From: Phoronis australis
Taxonomy: Eukaryota; Animalia; Phoronida
Assembly: GCA_002633005.1 (NCBI GenBank)
Contig: NMRA01000045.1
Span: 861,552-925,551 of the forward strand
DNA length: 64,000 nucleotides
Reading direction: 5' to 3'
Made by a program: the position numbers and the translations under genes. Positions within the stretch are counted from its first letter, which is position 1. Each line of letters starts with the position of its first letter. Below are positions 29,257 through 43,267 of the stretch, one piece after another. A model generated the notes under the pieces. That model worked only from the letters and a program-made list of their open reading frames with translations. It had not been told where the DNA came from and ran no database searches.

Positions 29257-29745
29257 AGGCCCTTTCATACTTAACTCCAGTACGAGCACCGAGGTAAAAT
29301 GAAAAGTTAAATGAATCATTCAGATCAGCTTCGAAATCGAAGTAAACGGAAGATGACACGGTTGTCATCGAAGTAATCACAACTTGGCCCTGAATCCCCC
29401 TGATGCATCCAGTGCACGCTAAGATTTTTTTAAGTGACAATTTGACAACAATTATGTGTACTAATTGACATAACACTTGTTGAACTAATTCGACTGGTAA
29501 TTATTTGAGCAAAATAAGGAACTATTAGCGACAACACTGCCCTGTAATTGTTGATGATAGCGGGCCCTGGCGATAACTTTGAAGAGACCGAAGCTGACCG
29601 TTCATACTGCATCACAGCAGCGACACTCCACTGTTAAATCCACCTGCTTGCGTGCTGTTAACTTTGATCTACGACCGAAGTTAATGTTCATAATGACTAC
29701 AAGTCCCCAAAACATCGATGCATCGACATTAGTATGAAAGGGCCT
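29257..29745. mobile_element. PIF/Harbinger-like MITE, family B, copy 2 (best preserved)
   Basis: Perfect 15-bp TIR AGGCCCTTTCATACT / AGTATGAAAGGGCCT flanked by TAA on both sides. A 3-bp TWA TSD is typical of PIF/Harbinger. Confidence 0.85.
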
Positions 29746-31561
29746 TAAGTTATGAAACCCATTGATGACAGCAGGAACAGAAGCTCTCAAGGAAGGCAAA
29801 TTTAATTCTAATCGGCAAATAAATGGCCTGAACAGAATATAGCTTGACGTGATATCCAAAGCAAAATGCTGGTAGTTGGCAAGAAAAACGAAACAGAAAT
29901 GACAGTATTCATTATCACATAATGCTCTGTTCATCAAAGAAATCTGAAAATTTCTGACACACACACACACGCGCGCACACAGGTCATAACACCTAGCACT
30001 AATTTTATCAGCAGTGTTAAGATTCTCATTCAAATGTTAAAACAATAAGTGACATTTTCAAACTGACCCTTTTTGAAATACTGTAGCCCAACCCAAAACT
30101 TTGTCAAACACACAACACAGGCATCAGTTGTCAATTTGTAAGTTCAACCTTTCAAACCTTAGAATATTTTTGCATTATGGACAGAAGAAATTGACACCCT
30201 TGAGTAAACAGAGGAAGTCAATACAGGTAGAAAGAGGCAAGCCACATCATTGCTAAATAGGTAAACAAAGAGAATAACTTCAGAAGTCAAGGCAAATTTC
30301 TGTGCTGTTTGACTGCCAGACTATAAGACAACTCCCCTATTCCTATCTAAAATGCTACTATTTTCGCTAGTCCTTTCCGTTAACAGAGAAAAACAACTGC
30401 AATGGGAACGGACGCAAAGGTAATTTTCACAAACACTTTTGAAGCCAAATTGCCTGCTTCAATGGATCCGTACTCATTGTCTGAGGAAAGAACTCTATGT
30501 TAAATTGTGGCAACATGAGTTACTGCAGAGAGTGAAATGTCTAAGACTGAGATGAATGGTGAGAAACACACGGAGCTGCTTTTCCCATTCTATCACTGAA
30601 AATTTGCTAGTGTTTTTGCAACTCATGTGAACGTAGCATTAGTCAATGCTTGATTATGCTATATGTAATTTTATTACAGGGGCTGTTTTTGAAACTATTT
30701 CCCTCCATTCCATCTAATTCTAAACCCAGGTAAACTGATGGGTATTCTATCTAACATCCACTTCAAGATAAGATGTCTCCATATAAGGCCCAGTCTGGAA
30801 CTCAAGTTTTGACTTAGCCTGCAATTTTTATGTCACTGCACCCATATAAATGTCAGGCAGTAATTTATTGATCAATCAGTTCTATCTTGACTGACTGGGT
30901 ACACTAGTCAATAAAATTCCATCCATGGAAATGGAGAATCTATTTACAAAGCATGCAGGCAGTGTCCAAACAGAGTGATTTCAAAGTTGAATTTGGTTCA
31001 TTAAATGTTTACAATTCAACCATTTATATCTATCCAGGTGTGTAGTCTGTAGGCTGGTTGATATACACACAGTATGAGGTCTCTAAACAGATTGCAGTAC
31101 AAACAGTTATACACTGGACATATTTCTTTTGTACTAATGTGGAGACAGGATACCAAAGGTTTTCAGACTTTGAAGAATGTCTGATTGGAGCCAAATTCCC
31201 TGACACAAACATCAATGGTGACAAATATCAAAGTCAGTCTGAGATTGTATGACACCTCATAGTCCTTTCTTCACACCTAGGATAGGTGATAAGAATCTAA
31301 ATCTGGACTGTAAATGTTCTTAATTCAAAACATGTCTACTGACTGGCTGGATTCAAATGAAACTTTCAGTGATCCTCAAAACGCTGTTAGAAAATGATCC
31401 AATATCTTAAGAGGGACTACCAAACATTTAGTAGTTTTAACTAAAACTCAGAAGTTACATGAAATGAAGACAAAATGACAGTTTAGAAAAGTGTAAAAGT
31501 GCTTTTTCAGATTTAAGTTTTTGAACATTGAGCAAATGATATTTGGTCAAGTTATTGAAGC

Positions 31562-31562
<1 letters not shown>

Positions 31563-31601
<39 letters not shown>
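31563..31601. repeat. (ATT)n microsatellite
   Basis: About 13 perfect ATT units. Confidence 0.95.
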
Positions 31602-32119
31602 TTGCTATCAATGTGTAAATGTGCCATTCCTGAATTTTATTAAAAAGACATGGCCATCTGACACAATTAATGACAGATAGGTATAAAGTTAAAATATAAA
31701 GTTTATTATGCTTTCTCATTTCAGACAAAAATATAACTTTACTGAGTTAAATTGTATAGTTTTGAAGATATTTGTCTGAATGCATATAGACTGTCGCTAA
31801 GGTTATTTGAAACTAATGAGCTACACTGAGAGCTGCATCGGTAATATGGCTATTACCATGGGACATACTGTTTCACTTCAGTCGATGGTTATAGTGCCAA
31901 ATGTATTGATTAAGTGTATGACACGTCACAAAAAAATCGAGTTACAAAAATGATTAACACTACTTGTTTTCTAGGATTACAGCATACTGCAGTCAGAGTG
32001 GAGCTCACAAGTTTCTTTGTTTGCAAAATAAACCACTGCATTCTTAAATAATCTTCCTTTGAAGGTGGCCATTTTAGACACAAACCAGCAACTTTAATTA
32101 ACCTTGACACTTGTAAAGG

Positions 32120-32236
32120 CACTGGTCAGATATAGCAGTCCCTGATTTAAAGAACCAGGCAATCACTAAATAATGGGCCCGTTACTTAGTGAATGAAACT
32201 GGTTCTCTGAATGAGGACTACTATATCCGACCAGTG
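32120..32236. mobile_element. Short (~115 bp) MITE, family E
   Basis: TIR cactggtcagatatagcagtcc ... ggactactatatccgaccagtg. Relatives at 50693-50789, ~50800-50880, ~51490-51735, ~61365-61437 and ~18255-18325. Confidence 0.8.
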
Positions 32237-32638
32237 TCGTTGTCAACAAAATACAAGTAAACACCATTTTTCAGGGGGGGGGATGGAGGAACGGGCACNG
32301 GGACATGCCGCTGCTATACATTTGGGTTGCCATTCCACTATTTAAAAATAAATTTCGTATGGATGGGAGCTCACTATTTGCTTGGTCTGATGATACCATG
32401 CACTGGACAGGATAGAGTACAGTAATGTAATATTTTCCAGATGAGATATAAATGTGGGTCATGATTTAAGTCCCCTTTGAATAGGTATGGACATGAGACA
32501 TGGTTCTAACATTTATTTAGCCTAGCATAAATATTGCCTCAGGCCCCCCTCCTCCATCCTTCCCTTAGTTGAAATGACCGCCTCCCGGACCATTTTATAC
32601 ATGTCTTGTGTCGAAAATGAACCATACATGTTACTTAC

Positions 32639-32941
32639 CTCTGTCGATGGCATGTGTACGACACCAGTACTTCGCCTTTTCTCCCTCAGCTTCCGTCTAT
32701 CCTTGGCAGATTTCCCTTTGAGCAAGTGATTCGGCCGGGAGCGCTTGTCTTTTGACCGGTTCCCGACGGCCCGGGACGGCGACTCGCGATCATCGTCTCC
32801 TACTGTTCTGTCACTGTCACCCTCCCCAGAGTCTCTATTTGGCGTGACCCTCGCGCGAACACCTCTTGTCTGTATTCGCCTATCCGTACTGTCGAATTCA
32901 TCATGATCCAAACTCTCCTGGCTCAGTGAATCCGAAGCCAT
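32639..32941 (-). CDS. PAWR: PRKC apoptosis WT1 regulator (Par-4), first coding exon
   Basis: aaaATGG start (MASDSLSQES...). Encodes KDRRKLREKRRSTGVVHMPSTE, matching the Par-4 NLS2/SAC core KRKLREKRRSTGVVNIP. Donor GAG|GTAAGT, 303 nt, phase 0. Confidence 0.92.
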
Positions 32942-33380
32942 TTTGACTCTTAACTGATCCAGGCGAGCAGACGGGCACCTGATCGTTTGATCGCGTATGT
33001 ATAAATCAAAACGCACCCACCTTTAGAAGAACTTATCGGTATCTGTTGATTTTATATCTTGTATTTATCACGTGCACAGTTGTAAAGGATAAATGCGAAA
33101 GAGAACCACAAATACACCTTCCGTCTTCCAAGTCTATAATCGCCGTAACTGATGCCGTGTGCTCCGTCTACATTTGAAGTCGGTGTTTGCTTACATCCGG
33201 TCCAGGTCAAAGGTCACATTCCTCAAATACCTGTCTACCTGCGTCAGGCGTACATAGGCCGGGTGCTGGGGTATTGTTCTACATCGTTTGAATTAGCGTT
33301 TAAGCGCTTTCTTGATAAAACAGCAGTGATAAACGAGAAATCCTATTTGTAAAACATACCCGGAACAAGACTCTAAAGAT
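32942..33380 (-). promoter_or_regulatory. Probable PAWR 5'UTR/promoter region
   Basis: CpG-enriched segment immediately upstream of the PAWR ATG, with an ETS-like CCGGAA near 33360. The TSS cannot be determined. Confidence 0.4.
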
Positions 33381-33878
33381 TTTTATAATCAATAACATGC
33401 TTCTAAAGTATATGTTCATCCGACCATGGATTCAGTTGACTGGTTTCCTAATAATACACAAAGTTTAATATTCTATGAATAGCAAGCATGGTGTCATACC
33501 TTACATTTATTGTTTGTGTCAGTTGTATTCATAGGAGAGTATGTGTAAACCATGCTTTGGTTGTACAGTTGTCGATTTTTATCAATAATATTAGTGTGCT
33601 GCACGCATAAATTTTTCTGGTTGATTTCATCCGTTTGTCACATTTTTATAATTTAAAAATCAAAGAGTGACATTCAGTCACACAGTATAGTACAGGACAC
33701 TAATAATACAATAATTGATAACATCAAATTTTTAAATCTATTTTAACCATTTTTATGGAAGTAAAACCTCTCAGTCTCCGACAGTTTGCTGTAAAGTCGA
33801 CAACAAAGAAATAATTTTTACGATAATGAGCTCCAGAAGATCTAGCAGCCACCTCAAAACCTTAAAGGGGTCGATACA

Positions 33879-34032
33879 TAGTGCTGCAGTGGTAGATGTA
33901 AGTAGGTGCCCAAAGCCCACCGTAGCGCCATGAGCACTAAACCTAACTTAATTACTGTGCGTAGGCGCTACGTTCAAATCCCAAAAGGTGGTTGGCTGCG
34001 CCTACGTGCGCCTACGCCCCACTACAGCACTG
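33879..34032. mobile_element. hAT-like MITE, family C, copy 1
   Basis: TIR tagtgctgcagtgg ... ccactacagcactg, with a near-perfect 8-bp TSD tcgataca / tcgataga. Confidence 0.8.
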
Positions 34033-37000
34033 TCGATAGATACATTGATGCTTGGAGACAGCAGTTACTAAATTTTTAATTCTGTAAACGAAACAACGCG
34101 GACTCCTACATAAATATTAAAACATCTTTCATTATAATTCAAGGAGTGCCATCTTTAGGGAAAATAACCTAAGTCAGCCAATGAGAAATTGAGACGTTCC
34201 AGCAACACAACTGCTTGCCAAGATGCAGATTTAGGCCCGATGTATAGATGTCCCCAAAACCAAAATTAAAACTTGTCCACGATTTACCTCCACACAATTG
34301 GTCTTCAGGTTTTCTTTATTAAAACCGGTTATGCCAATGCGCCTTCCGTCACAAAAACAATTTCTAATTGTACCCGGCATTCGTTTTGAAATTGTCTCAA
34401 AAATTTCCATAGTAAAGGCGAGGTGAAATTTCTGGGGTAGGAAAGATCTGAGTAATTACAGAGTATATACGAGTTGACTTGTCATGGCGTGCTATTTGCA
34501 ACAAGCACGGCCTCGAGGAAAAAGGAGTCAATTAATTCTTTGCAAGACTCATTTTTCACATAAGTAAAAAAGGAGCAAGTTAATACAACTTTTATAGCAG
34601 TAAGTGGTCTAATTTAAAATTAGATTCTTCCACGGAACGCTGGTTTCTTCCTGCTTTTATTGGTGAAACTCCGCAGTCACGGGAAAAACGTTTTCATTAG
34701 TGACGAGATCTGAGTAAAGCTGAGAGGCATAGTGTCCCCACAACGAGCTTCAAAGCAGGTAATGGCAAATCGCAAAGCTCCATAACTTGAAGTTTCATCA
34801 CAGATAATGTGCGTTGCAATCCAGGCCGAAACCCACGCAATTGCAGGAAGTTCAAAGAGTTTAAAAAGCTAAATTAAAATATTTTTTGATTTCCTGCTTT
34901 CAAGTATCCTGCTGCGTTCAATAGGTCGAAATCGCGAACTTCAAACTGGAATTCGTCAAATTGACGGTCAGGTTGGGAATTTTCCCGATGAATAAATCGA
35001 GTGACTACTCCAATCCAAGGTGTGCGGAGCTTGCGATAGTAACGCCAACTGGCCGTATTAAACCACAAACGCGTAGAAAAATCATATTTTTTTAAACATG
35101 GCAGAGCATGAGGTTTCAAACAGTTGCAAAGGAAGTACAGCTTACATTGGCTTCATAATAAAACTGGTTTTAAAGTCACTCAAACCAAATAGATTACTGT
35201 TAAAAGTTGGACGTCGCTCTGTTACTGACTAAAAAACATAAATCAATTGAGTCCGCTACAGACTCTTACAAAATCGGTCACACAATACTCCTTACCGAGA
35301 TAGGATTGAATTTCCGTTACGGAAAAGAACATAGAAATCAAGCGTCCAGCCAAGAAAATGCTGGTTTTGGGCTAGGCAACCCAAAAGATGAAAATTCAAA
35401 AAAGGCACACTGGTATACGCATTGTCTGTGGCAATCGTTGGAGCCCTATCGTGGTAAGCGATATTACGATGGTATAATGACTAATTCGATTTTCGTTTTC
35501 TTAGTAGTCAGCTAAACAGGACAAAACACGGCGAGAATCCCATTGAGGCCGAGGCAATAGCAACAGTGCTACTGACCATGTTATTAATATGTTGTTTTCC
35601 TACCATAACACTGACTTGGCAACAAGGTTCCATATAATGTTAATGCAGGCTCTAAGGGTAAAAAATATGGTGGTGTAAAATTTTGATTTTGTCAAAACTC
35701 CCACCTTGACTGTCGTGGATTTCAACACCAGTTCGCCCTCCCCCCATCTCCCCTGGTTACCACAGAATTCAATATCTCTTCACATCCATGGTCACTGCCA
35801 ACTTTGCATCATTCCAGTCACCACCAAAGCACCACCCTCACACTGCTAATTATTGGGGGCCCATCCTATGCCTCTGGCTAGTCAAATTTGTCTGCCTACC
35901 CTCACAAAGTTTTACCTGCCCAGGGACCTGAACAAAGTAAAAAATCTTGGTAATTTTATGGGCGTATTAGAACAAAAACAGAATGTCAATAAACACTACT
36001 GTTCAACCGCGAAATCCCTGTTGGACGCTAGCAATGTGCAGAAAATAACAAGTTGGCAAGGTGAAAGGTACCTCTTATTGCATCTCTCTATCGACCATGC
36101 ATAATGTGTGCGACTCATAAACAATACTTCTTAATTAAAGATCTTTTTTCAAATTCTGCTAAGATAATACAATATTGTTTAAATGATATACTTTCAACCT
36201 TTATAGGCACCATTTTATAATAAAACATTTTACCTCCCCACCGACCCATCTCAGAAAAGTGAGGAGGTAACACCAAGGACAAACATTTTAAGAATATTTT
36301 AATCACTGAATAAAATGCAAACTAGATATAAATTTTATTTCATCCATGTGGCTTTGAGGCTAACACAACACTAAAAATTCAAAACCTGCAACCAGGTAGA
36401 ACTAGCTTATCTACTTCCATGACGTCAAATTTTACACAGACTACATTATCATATAATAAATTTCCTTGATCTAACATACTGATGGGGGTGATGTCTGTTG
36501 TATCTCATTGAATATGCAGGACCACATGAAAAATGACACTGTCTGTGTTATTCAACCAGAGCATCATTAATCAGGGCAACTTACTCACATGGCATAAAGA
36601 AAAAAGATGTCACTTTTATGTGCATCAGTCAAACATATATGCAGGCGAAAATTAATGCATTCCATGCCGGCATTTTAGCTTTTATTAATGAGCAGGTAAT
36701 AAGCACCTGTGTGACAAAATACACAATTTTCCATAAAATTTACCACCTGTAATACAAGAACCAATCCAACAAGAAACACATGACCTGTTCTGTTGCCATG
36801 TCCTACAACTTATTTTTTTATGCCCGTAAGGTAATGCTTCATGTGAAGTCTCATGCATAAGATCAAAAAACTGTAAAAAACAGGTGGTTACCTAAGATCT
36901 AGTAAGATTTCTGTAGAGCCCTAGACACAAACTAGGCCACTGTAGTTGGTAAATAAAAATTAATACTTATTGTTGATAGAAATTTTAAAAATGAATTTAA

Positions 37001-38073
37001 AAAATAATTTATAAGGACAATTCATTTTTATTATATTAGTAAACTTTCAAATGTTAGAGATACTGTCACAATGGTTAGCTAACAACAAAACAGAGAATGA
37101 CCATGACAACACAGCATGCTGAGCTCACAAGGCAGGTAACTGACAGCGTGCTCTAGTGACCTCTTTACCCGCAAGGTAAGAATTCCCATATCAGTAAGAT
37201 AATACAGGCTGGTATTGGCTTACAGAGTTAATGTAAGGCGTAATTACATCCTACAGCTTCCATGTCTATGCTTTCAGTAGTAGCTTTATATGTGTCTCAT
37301 GTGATATATTATATCATCTCCACGCACAAAACAATCTCTAATAACCAAGATTAGACTTGAATGGACATGCTTTCACGGCACTTTTCATAAAGAACCTTGT
37401 TTTCTGAAAATGGACAGAATACACGAAACTCGACTTCTTTAAAGGATGTAAAGGTTAAGGATGGAAATCACATCATGTCAGTAGTAGAGACCAGAATTTG
37501 AGCATTTAATAATTAAAATTATTGAAAATTTAAGCCATAATCAAATCTGTTGGTCAAGACCAATTCGGACACAGCTCTATCCATAATCACTTTTGCAGTG
37601 GACATGTTCATATAGATGTAGGCTACATTCTTTTTGAAGATGGCACTGTTCTTTTCCTCGTTTATACTAGTTGAGAAAATAGCCTGCAGCAAGTTATCGG
37701 TAAATCAGAGCCACAACATCAGTACAGTGGAAAAAATAACGCGAAAAAACAGAACGAACATCTTTTGCCAATGATTTATTATTTACTGCTTTGTTATAGT
37801 AAAACAGTATTTTCTAATTTACCAAATGCAAAAACAGGCTTCTTGAAATGGAAAAACGGAAAATCGGCATCCATGGAAGACAAATCCCACATCACCAGAG
37901 TAATTCCTTCATTTTTATTGTATTTGCCCCAAAAGAAGCCACAACCTCTTATCCTGAGGAGTTAAATCACACTTAACCAGAATAAAGGCTGATCCAGGGG
38001 AGGGTACAGACTTTCATTTTTAGCCAAAGCCTGAATAAAAACCACGGGCAAAATAGACGACTTTGATCTACTT

Positions 38074-38079
38074 TTTATT
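38074..38079 (-). terminator. Candidate MRPS35 poly(A) signal (AATAAA)
   Basis: First minus-strand AATAAA about 240 nt after the stop codon. Others lie at 37914 and ~36333; which one is used is unknown. Confidence 0.3.
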
Positions 38080-38312
38080 TCTACAGATCCCTGAGACTCC
38101 TGGGTGCACTAAGTTTCAATTTTCTATGAATTGTTCGTGATAAAGAATTCTCTTCAGAGACCTGTTGCTTTACTTGTACCTCCCCTTTCATAAAAGGCTG
38201 GATCTGCGTTCGCAGAACAACTCCTATGATCTCCAAAACACCCCTCCAGGTATTTGCAGCATCCTGTCATCTTCACAGCACAAGTCAAAATCTCCCACAG
38301 GTGGCACTGCTC

Positions 38313-38492
38313 CTATGACTTCAGAGCCCATATTTTCAAAACACTCTCCTTATATTTGTCAAGCGTATACTGATCCTCCCCTTCGTTGTGCAAGTCACTC
38401 ACAGCTTTACCATAGTTCTGTACAATGTCTGTGTTTAAGATATTTTCAGCAGTGGTCGTCTCCCCGTTCACTTCCGGTAATATCGCAGCCTT
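38313..38492 (-). CDS. MRPS35: Mitochondrial ribosomal protein S35, exon 9 (last)
   Basis: Acceptor ccatttgcag|. Encodes KAAILPE...YGKAVSDLHNEGEDQYTLDKYKESVLKIWALKS*, matching the MRPS35 C-terminus (YKKSVVSLKNE...YKESVK). Confidence 0.9.
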   Translation of the reverse strand, partial: KAAILPEVNGETTTAENILNTDIVQNYGKAVSDLHNEGEDQYTLDKYKESVLKIWALKS

Positions 38493-39972
38493 CTGCAAAT
38501 GGAGAGGAAAAATTAGTTACAAAATCCTAGTCACTACAAACTATGCTACGATAGAGAGTGTAGATATAGAGAAGTTATCAGTGAATGCTTTTCGCTTAAT
38601 CTGATTACCTGCGGTATCCAATGGAAATTATATATAGCATCAGCTGACAACAACAATTCTTTCTCATAGGTCCATTGCAACCAACTACATTTACAAAAAA
38701 CATATTTTACAGGTCAGTGAGCATTTTGCTTTGCCGTGTTTGGGTAGCAATAAATTGAGTTCAATGTTACCTAAGGTAGACAGCTGAGCCCATATCTCTC
38801 TGTCTGTAGTGGCCCTAAGAGCAAATCATCACAACTAACATACACGTGTACATATTACCACAGGTACAAGCACACTGAAACTTTAACAATTCAAGTAAAG
38901 GATAACGCGCTGATCTCTGATGTATACAAATTCAAGCACATACCTCCACTAGCCAAGATTTTAAAGCTATATAAGACCCAGAAAAACGTCCATGTTTGAT
39001 GAACTTTCACTTTTTGTATATATTTTCAACACTAAATCCACAGAATTCTTGATAAGGTCCCACAAAACCATAACAAAGTCAGCTTAATGTTCACTTTCAT
39101 CAAATCTGTTTTCATCAAAGACGTGGAAGAAAGTGCAATCGTTACAACTAATTTTGTAACCAACTATATTTCCATTTTTTGAACTGGAATATTAGGTGAT
39201 TTAAGTTTGCAAACTTAAAGGGGCATTTCGCTACTATTACCTGTCAAAGTTGAATTCTTAAAAAAGTTCTTTGAGGTTAAAAACATAGCAACACTCATGA
39301 CGTGATCTTGATTTGCATCTACAGAAGCTGGCAGCTCAAGTCGTAGGCAGTGCACACATGCGCAATTTCCAAAATTCGCAACTTCAGAGTTGGCCAACAA
39401 CGATAATTTCAAAATTTTTTGAGTCGCTGAAGATTTCGATTTTCTTGTTGGTAATGGAAATATAATCTCATTATGGTAAGGAATATCATGAGATGGTATA
39501 ATGAGAGCAAATAGCCTAATTTTCATTAATTAGCCAGCTTAACAGGATGAAGCACAGCTTAAAATAACCAATTCCATTTACTGTCAATGATGAAGTAGCT
39601 ATGAACCCTTCATTTGGACCACTTACTGTATTACTGAATTCAATTTGTTACAAACTGATCCTTTCTCACATTAAAGTCATTTCTGGGTTTGAAAAGGACT
39701 GACAATCTGTTATTGCTCGACACTGCGCTCGGCACATAAAATGACCAACCCGCTTGAAGAAAGTGGTTTCAAGCAATAACGAAATCTCTCTTCATCCTTA
39801 ACCCCAAAATCATTTTTTATTCAAATATGAAACAACTGAGACCAGTTTTATACTGGTAACCAGCATAAATCTTTTTTTTTTCAACTGAAGGCAGATTTAT
39901 AGGAAATTTGAAAGATTTTTAATTTGACACCATGTTTCAAGTTGCCTACACTGGCTATCTGCATCTATTTAC

Positions 39973-40092
39973 CTTTGCTAACTTCTTGGCTTGGCTAATC
40001 AGAGAGACAATGTTTTTGCATGACTGGCTTTTTTCCCAAAAATACTTCTCCCAGTCAGCTTCTTCCTTGCTTGCCTCCCATGGCTCGGTTTT
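39973..40092 (-). CDS. MRPS35: MRPS35 exon 8
   Basis: KTEPWEASKEEADWEKYFWEKSQSCKNIVSLISQAKKLAK, cag|...|GTAAAT, 120 nt. Confidence 0.92.
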
Positions 40093-41452
40093 CTGTAAAG
40101 AGACAGCTGTTGAAAGCTTATGGTACACTGCTCCGCTTTTGGTGCAGATAGTAGCGCTAGCATAAGAAAATTGGCAAGCTGAATTTAAGTCCTTGAATAC
40201 ACAGCAGAGCCTTTTTTCATTCCAGTTTCCATTGTAAAAACATGAACGATGGTGATGTCTGTACAAAATTGAGCAACCTTTGTTTTCTTACCTCTCAGAC
40301 TAAAAAGCGTGTGATCAGATTGATGTTACGTAGGTTGACGAGACCACCGTAGTTGGTGGCACTAAACACGAGAAGTTTGTTCATCAAATGGCAGTACAGT
40401 AATACTCCATTGATATCATACAAAAATAATTGCCAAAATGGTCATTTTTCCTTTTTTCAAAAGACCGAACTTTTTGCAAATAATGTGAGTAACAACAAAT
40501 GTTGTTTTATGATGTCTACACACGAAACTATGATTGTAAGAGACTAAAGTGTTTTTAATCTTTAGTTTTGTGGAGAAATTTAACAAAACAGAACTTCACT
40601 TGTTGGCCATATTGTACTCAAAATAAGTGAAGAACTATTGGAACTTAACTTGAATTGGCGCTCCAGTTTAAAATTCCAAAGTGGGCACATAAATGTGTTT
40701 TAAATTTGTGCAGAACAATAAAAACCGAAGAACAGTTTTAGGATAACTGAGGATGCACTTGCTCAGCCTGCATTTTCAAAAAGTTGATACGATGGAACAG
40801 CTTTGAAACTTTCACTCACTACAACTCGATGCGTATACAACATCTTAAGCACAACCAAGTCATCCTCACGACCTGCCAAGACAGCATAGTACGGTAAAAT
40901 CTTAATGATTTCAGACAAAAATAATTGCTAAAATTGTCCTCTTGTCATTTTTCTTAAAAGTTTCAAACATTGTCGAATATGCCCATAAATCTTCAAAATA
41001 TTGCATGATGTTAGCTGTGGCACGCAGCTTGGAAAAACATTCAGTTAGTGCTATATATCTCATGAAAAAACGAGAAAATGAAATTTCATTTGTCCACCAT
41101 ATTGTGACCTAACTTGGTGAGAATTCACTGCACTCTGTGTATGAAACAACATGAATTTATGCTCCGGTTTATTCCCTGTAGCTAGTCTAGAGTTGATAAA
41201 GCACTGACCAAGCAAGCCTCGGAATTCTCCATTTTGAAGATTACATGACTGGCCATATGGCAGATGTTCAGGACATGAGCAGTTAAAAAACACCTCCGAT
41301 GGGAAGTTTGAGGCTACATAAACACTACAAGTGTTCTGAATGCTGGGAGACAAATCAAGTTACACCGAAGACTCATCCATCAAAACTTGATCCCAAATAA
41401 ATTTGCTGAGGTTCAAAGAGATCTAGCCACAGGTATTTCAGTAAATACTTAC

Positions 41453-41522
41453 CCAAGATTCAAAATAACAAGCAGTCAGCAGATATTTGGCATAATCGTA
41501 GTTTTGCTTCTTTGTAGGACAC
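41453..41522 (-). CDS. MRPS35: MRPS35 exon 7
   Basis: (R)CPTKKQNYDYAKYLLTACYFESW, ttttcag|...|GTAAGT, 70 nt. Confidence 0.93.
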
Positions 41523-42549
41523 CTGAAAATTGTTGGTTTGTAAAGAGTAAAACTCGCAGTGCCAACAATAGCAACAACAGCCTTTTAAAGGTTGGTGAAA
41601 AAAACATTAACATTTGAAAAACATTCGCAAACTGTTTAAGCTTTACTTTAAACCTTGGCCTGGTTATATAACAACTATACGCTGGATAAAAAGTCACAGC
41701 ATACCACTGTGCGGCGAACATATTTGAGTGACGCATAACAATCAAAACTTATTTAGCTAATAAACAGGGTCTAGAGTTTTATTTAAACCAGTCCTGAGCC
41801 CAGGTATAGGCTCCGAATTCAGATTCAAAACGTAAACAATCACTTAAAACAGAAATTTCGTCTTGCGCTCCGCACAATTATTTATGAAAAATAATTAAAT
41901 CTCACTCAAAGTAAAATACAAAGTCTCTGAGCGTATATCCATAACTTCTAGTTACTGAGATAATGTGTATCGATTATTTCTAGGCTGAGATGTGCAAGTA
42001 ATTACATAGCTAAACTTTTATTCACTAATTGTGAAGTTGGAACACAAAACCAAATTTCAGTCATAAAGATATATTTTAATGCTTCTAACTATGCTAATGT
42101 ATAGCAAGAACTAAAAACAATGCTATTTTAACATAATCTATGCAGAACAAAAAGCAGCTGTATAAACAGCTGTATAAACAAAAAAATCTACAAATAGGTG
42201 ACCTTTGCATTAATGACGTACCTCGCGGGTTCACATAGACTGCCTGCATCATGCAGTGCTATTCCCCAGCACCACGTCATGATACTTACTGGACACGGTT
42301 CAGTCATTTGCGGCGGATCATTTTCGCCACATAACTCATTCATAAAAACATTTGGCAATTTTCAATCTACTTTATATTCACATCGTCGCTACATGTTGGG
42401 TTTCTAACTAATTTGTTGTGTTTCTAACTAATTTCCACAATCATTTCTAAACCAACTATAACAAAAAGGCACAAAAACCTTTTTGACAAAAAGAATTGGT
42501 TTACTGCACCTTTCAGAGCAAGCTAACATGTAAACAAACTCAAGCCTAC

Positions 42550-42659
42550 CTGTCAGTTACTATTGTTACAGTGTCTGTTTTCTTGTCATATTTGTCCCCA
42601 ACCAGTCGTAAGAACTTGTCTCGGGCATGGTAGTCCATCTCAAGGTCAGATAGTTTCAC
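42550..42659 (-). CDS. MRPS35: MRPS35 exon 6
   Basis: VKLSDLEMDYHARDKFLRLVGDKYDKKTDTVTIVTD(R), ctcag|...|GTAGGC, 110 nt. Confidence 0.93.
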
Positions 42660-42928
42660 CTGAGATCAAATCATATTTGGTCACAACTTATTACATCTGT
42701 CCCAACAATCCATACCAATTGCCATACACATCTCCAACCTCAAAAGGGACAGTGGTAGAGTCTACCAGCTGATACTCGCACGATGCCTGACGTCAGCAAT
42801 CAAAGTGAACAAGATGGCAGGTCATCATCGAAAGGCTCTCAGTAATGACCTTTAATTTTAGCAGTGAGTACGGATTAAACTGCATTTAAATGTCTGAACC
42901 ACATCAGCTCAACTTTCATAGTAACATA

Positions 42929-43084
42929 TAGTGCTGTAGTGGTAAAATAAGAGGTAAGTAGGAGCCCAAAGCCTGCCGTATCACCTTGAACACAGAACGT
43001 AACTTATTGTGCGTAGGCGCTACGTTCAAATGTCAAAAGGTGGTTGGCTGTGTCTATTTGCGCCTACGCCCCACTACAGCACTG
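42929..43084. mobile_element. hAT-like MITE, family C, copy 2
   Basis: tagtgctgtagtgg ... ccactacagcactg, with the same internal gcgtaggcgctacgttcaaa as the copy at 33879. Confidence 0.8.
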
Positions 43085-43267
43085 CATATACATGACCAAA
43101 CTTTAGGTTATTACCAAATGTTCATCTGACTGGACATGTAACAGTGCCATCTGGTGTTAGGTTTTGTGCAAACTTGCTGAAGCTCGAGGTACAGATGTCT
43201 ATAGTCCAGTGTACAAGCTACAACATAAACACCAGACATCACTTAAACAATGACAATACATACACAC

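Noticed and set aside
32299-32299. Ambiguous base n (another at 60203)
   Set aside because: Assembly ambiguity in non-coding DNA with no biological inference.
6104-32462. Many 60-140 aa ORFs in the large PAWR intron as nested genes
   Set aside because: No recognisable domains or consistent exon chain; several overlap MITEs or microsatellites. A small nested gene cannot be fully excluded.
32942-33016. ORF-track N-terminal extension of PAWR (MRFDLY...)
   Set aside because: Starts at a non-ATG codon; the ATG at 32941 has a strong Kozak context.
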